Shown one piece after another: positions 61,117 to 64,000 of a stretch of DNA of 64,000 nucleotides. Source of the DNA: an uncultured bacterium (GTDB lineage: Bacteria; Planctomycetota; UBA8108; UBA1146); assembly GCA_913056395.1 (NCBI GenBank), contig CAJXMG010000001.1, positions 119,550-183,549 on the forward strand, in the 5' to 3' direction. The notes under the pieces were generated by a model, which ran no database searches, was not told the origin of the DNA, and worked only from the letters and a program-made list of their open reading frames with translations. The translations under genes were made by a program, and so were the position numbers. The first letter of the stretch is position 1. Each line of letters starts with the position of its first letter.

Positions 61117-61836
61117 ATGGGAGGGAGGCCGAGGTTGTCGATTGAAATCGAAGTGGTGCGGGAGCTTCTTCAATCCGTCGAAAAAGTTGCGGTATTTACC
61201 GGTGCCGGAATGAGTGCAGAAAGCGGTATTCCGACTTTTCGTGGAGATGGGGGCTTGTGGAGAGGAAGAAGGCCGGAGGAGTGGGCGACACCGGAAGCGT
61301 TTATTCAATCGCCGAAGGAGGTCAGAGAGTTTTATCAATGGAGACGGGGGATTGTCGAAGACGCACAACCCCATGCTGGGCACCTTGCGTTGGGTGAATG
61401 GTCGAGGGGCGATTCCCATCAAGTTGAAATCGTGACCCAAAATGTGGATGGGCTTCATCAAAGGAGTGGCTGCTCCCGGGTGTGGGAACTTCATGGCACT
61501 CTCTGGTCCCAGCACTGTCATGATTGTGGAACTCCGGAAAGTGATCTCGAAAAAACTCACTGCCCTTGTGGGGGAAGATTGCGCCCTTCGGTCGTCTGGT
61601 TTGGTGAGGGTCTGCCGTCAGAAGTTTGGGCTGAGTCGGAACGGATCATGCGGGAGTCAGAGCTCGTCCTGGTGATTGGAACTTCTGCGGTGGTCTATCC
61701 CGCTGCAGGTCTCGTCGGTATGGCTGCAGGAGCGGGGATTCCCGTGGTTGAAATCAATCCGCAACCCGCTCTGGATAATCAGACCGTCTCTATCACGGGC
61801 ACTGCTGCACAGGTCCTCCCCATTCTTCTCGCATAA
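61117..61836 (+). CDS. cobB: NAD-dependent protein deacylase, Sir2 family
   Basis: FTGAGMSAESGIPTFRG, QNVDGLHQRSG and a Zn-binding pattern (CHDCG...CPCGG). The true start may be TTG 61135, which has GGAGG 8 nt upstream. Confidence 0.8.
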   Translation: MGGRPRLSIEIEVVRELLQSVEKVAVFTGAGMSAESGIPTFRGDGGLWRGRRPEEWATPEAFIQSPKEVREFYQWRRGIVEDAQPHAGHLALGEWSRGDSHQVEIVTQNVDGLHQRSGCSRVWELHGTLWSQHCHDCGTPESDLEKTHCPCGGRLRPSVVWFGEGLPSEVWAESERIMRESELVLVIGTSAVVYPAAGLVGMAAGAGIPVVEINPQPALDNQTVSITGTAAQVLPILLA

Positions 61837-62084
61837 ACGGGGTTGAAACTGATCTGGAAAAGGGTGTGGCTTGACCTGTGTCCTCGGATTTTGAGTTCAG
61901 GAAAAGGGAGTTCATGAATGTGGGACTGATTACAAAGAGGAATCGGAGAGATTTACTCAGGTTGATCAGGCAAACTGCAGGCACCGGTGAGGAGGGCCCA
62001 CATAAACCGGTTAATCAGACCAGCATGTCAACCATGGATGAGACTGATCCAAACAGGGATTAGGTGGACCAGAAAAGAAAAGAG

Positions 62085-62168
62085 TGCCGAGGGGGGGACT
62101 CGAACCCCCATGAGCCGAAGCTCATCAGATCCTTAGTCTGACGCGTCTGCCAGTTCCGCCACCTCGGC
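62085..62168 (-). tRNA. tRNA-Leu (class II, long variable arm); anticodon reads AAG
   Basis: Reverse complement folds as acceptor GCCGAGG/CCTCGGC, discriminator A, D-arm GCGGAACTGGCAGACGC (E. coli tRNA-Leu-like), anticodon stem TCAGA/TCTGA with loop CTAAGGA, variable stem-loop TGAGC-TTCG-GCTCA, and T-arm GGGGG-TTCGAGT-CCCCC. Confidence 0.8.
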
Positions 62169-62257
62169 AATGATCGGAAACAGGAAGTTTAGGTGGCAAT
62201 ATTCCTGTGTCAAGTTTGACCGGAATATTGCCTCCCAACTTCTTCAAAAACGCTGAT

Positions 62258-63079
62258 TTAGGGCGCTGCTCCCTGATCGATCCAATCTTTGACCAATTGG
62301 ATCTCAGCCGGGGTCAGACAGCAGAAGCCGCCGATGGGCATCTGTGAGCCGGCCGCGGCAGTAGAACAGCCTGCAGCCTGAGCCGCAGCCACATGGGTTC
62401 CCTCGATTTTACGGAAGAGCCAACTGGCGGAGGAGTCGCCAGGCTCGACGAAGTCGTAAGAACCGCACTCCGCAGAGGGCTGATTGACCAAAGTGGCGTA
62501 GGAGTCATTGGTCATGCTGTCTTCAAGGTTCAAGCCCCCAAAGTTCGATGGGGGAGCATGGCAAACGGTGCACTTGGTCTGGATCACCTGCGGGTATACA
62601 TCTCCGAAATAGGAATATGTGGGGGGCAGGCAAACCGGGTCTGTCGCACAGTCCGAATCCGCACAGTCGATGTCACCGTCAAGATCGTCGTCGACATTGT
62701 TGTCGCAAATCTCTGCCGGGGGAGCAGTGCAGCCGCTGCTTGTGGTGGGGCAGTCGAGTCCATCGGGAGTGGGGTCTTGTCCACAAGTGATGGGGGCAGG
62801 CGGAGGGCCGGCGTTGGAAAACAGGATCGATAGTAGTGAAACCGGGTCACTGATATCGGTGTTTCCGTCGTCATTGACATCGCAGGCATCCGGGCAGAGC
62901 GCCGGGCCAGCTCCGGAAAAGAGAATACTCAATGAAAGGACCGCATCGGCAATGTTGATCTGGTCATCCAAATTGCAATCGCCACGGCTGAAATTTTCCT
63001 GGGCTGAAACCGGAACGGTTGCCACAAACATGGCAAACAGGACCACCACTAGGGGGCTGATAAACCTCAAATTTGTCAT
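62258..63079 (-). CDS. Secreted protein with two dockerin-like Ca-binding repeats and a PSCyt1-like CxxCH domain
   Basis: Signal peptide (MTNLRFISPLVVVLFAMFVATVPVSAQ). DCNLDDQINIADAVLSLSILFSG and DVNDDGNTDISDPVSLLSILFSN dockerin-type repeats. Cys-rich linker. CTVCHAPPSNFGGLNLED matches the planctomycete cytochrome C (PSCyt1) pattern. The ORF-track start at 63199 is an upstream extension. Confidence 0.55.
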   Translation of the reverse strand: MTNLRFISPLVVVLFAMFVATVPVSAQENFSRGDCNLDDQINIADAVLSLSILFSGAGPALCPDACDVNDDGNTDISDPVSLLSILFSNAGPPPAPITCGQDPTPDGLDCPTTSSGCTAPPAEICDNNVDDDLDGDIDCADSDCATDPVCLPPTYSYFGDVYPQVIQTKCTVCHAPPSNFGGLNLEDSMTNDSYATLVNQPSAECGSYDFVEPGDSSASWLFRKIEGTHVAAAQAAGCSTAAAGSQMPIGGFCCLTPAEIQLVKDWIDQGAAP

Positions 63080-63297
63080 GTGATCAATCCTCAACTGCGG
63101 GACAGGTTTTTCATTTTGCGGCTTTGGGACCGCTTCAGATGTATAGGCCAGTACCCATTTTATCGCATTCAAGGCGGCCCGCAACTTCACCCTTCCCAAT
63201 GTTGTAAAGCTGTTCGTCTCGATTCATCGACTCCAGAGGGCTAAGATCCGGCCTGAGTAGCCGGGAATTACAGCCGGAATAGTCGAGAGAAGGATGC

Positions 63298-64000
63298 ATG
63301 ATCAGCCAAAGAGTCCGAACCATTACCCCTTCAGCAACCCTTTCCCTGAATGCACGACTTCAGGAGATGCGTGCTCAGGGGTCAGAGATCATCAATCTCA
63401 GTGTCGGGGAACCGGACTTTGAGACTCCCAAGTTCATTCGGGATGTTGCCCATGATGCGATGGAATCTGGTTGGACTCGATACACACCAACGAGTGGTCA
63501 TCCCGAGGCCAGAGAAGCGGTCTGCCGTCATGTTCTTCGGACACGAAATGTCGAAGTTAAACCTGAGCAGGTCATTCTGTCATCCGGAGTGAAGCATTCC
63601 CTTTCTCAGGCATTGTTGTCTCTGGTGAATCCCGGAGACGAAGTGATGATTGGTGCCCCTTACTGGGTTTCCTATCCTGAACTGATTCGTCTCGCAGACG
63701 GGATTCCGGTGGTCGTCGAAACTCGTATCGAAGATGGTTTCCGCCTGACCCGTGAAGCACTCGAAGCCCAACTGACTCCAAGGACGATGGGAATCATACT
63801 CAACGAGCCAGGTAATCCGACAGGTGTTGTCAGCAGTGCGTCAGAAGTCTTGGAGATCATCGAGTTTGCCCGCGATAATGATTTGTGGGTGATCAGTGAT
63901 GAAATTTATGAAGCGATGGTTCACGAGGGCAAACTCAACAGTCCGTTCAGCATCGACCCGGAGCGGGTCAGTTATATCTCGGGTCTGTCCAAATCTTTTG
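63298..64000 (+). CDS. Aspartate/aromatic aminotransferase (class I), N-terminal part (3' end outside window)
   Basis: Manual translation from ATG 63298 (RBS gagagaagga) gives MISQRVRTITPSATLSLNARLQEMRAQGSEIINLSVGEPDF...GNPTGVV...SGLSKSF, the class-I aminotransferase PLP-lysine context. Confidence 0.75.
   Translation, partial: MISQRVRTITPSATLSLNARLQEMRAQGSEIINLSVGEPDFETPKFIRDVAHDAMESGWTRYTPTSGHPEAREAVCRHVLRTRNVEVKPEQVILSSGVKHSLSQALLSLVNPGDEVMIGAPYWVSYPELIRLADGIPVVVETRIEDGFRLTREALEAQLTPRTMGIILNEPGNPTGVVSSASEVLEIIEFARDNDLWVISDEIYEAMVHEGKLNSPFSIDPERVSYISGLSKSF

Overview
This is a high-GC (~57-60%) bacterial chromosome window, probably from Planctomycetota. The lineage clues are a PSCyt1-type CxxCH domain, a prepilin-type N-terminal protein, a lysine-rich histone-H1-like protein, repeated MshEN/GspE-N-like motifs and a dcw cluster with no ftsA/ftsZ. 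Gene density is high, mostly housekeeping.

In order across the window: a glnA 3' end, a LarE-like PP-loop ATPase, a membrane GT2, then cmk-plsC-rpsA, a hypothetical gene with a 12-nt tandem repeat, and tyrS. A long minus-strand block follows (purN, clpP, PNP, DUF167/YggU, FHA-Ser/Thr kinase, YggS, dnaE). Next comes a translationally coupled dcw cluster: mraZ-(small orf)-rsmH-ftsL-ftsI-murE-murF-ftsW-murG-LysM-murC-murB-ftsQ-like. It lacks mraY, murD, ddl, ftsA and ftsZ. It is followed by a small MshEN-like protein coupled to a 672-aa bitopic protein carrying ~20 tandem AAAKQ pentapeptides.

Further downstream: a tandem groEL-groEL-dnaJ-grpE-fmdB-yacG chaperone operon with no groES or dnaK, a pseudopilin-like gene, secreted proteins and lipoproteins, tilS, a TonB-like gene, purB, rsgA and an ECF sigma/anti-sigma pair. 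A lower-GC block (~52.5-59.9 kb) holds a 976-aa DUF4388-MshEN-TPR-TM-beta-propeller protein and hemW. The window ends with a histone-H1-like KKA-repeat gene, a Sir2 deacetylase, a class-II tRNA-Leu (apparent anticodon AAG), a dockerin/PSCyt1 protein and a partial aspartate aminotransferase.

No CRISPR arrays, rRNA or obvious transposases were seen. All calls rest on motif recognition from the translations; no database search was run.
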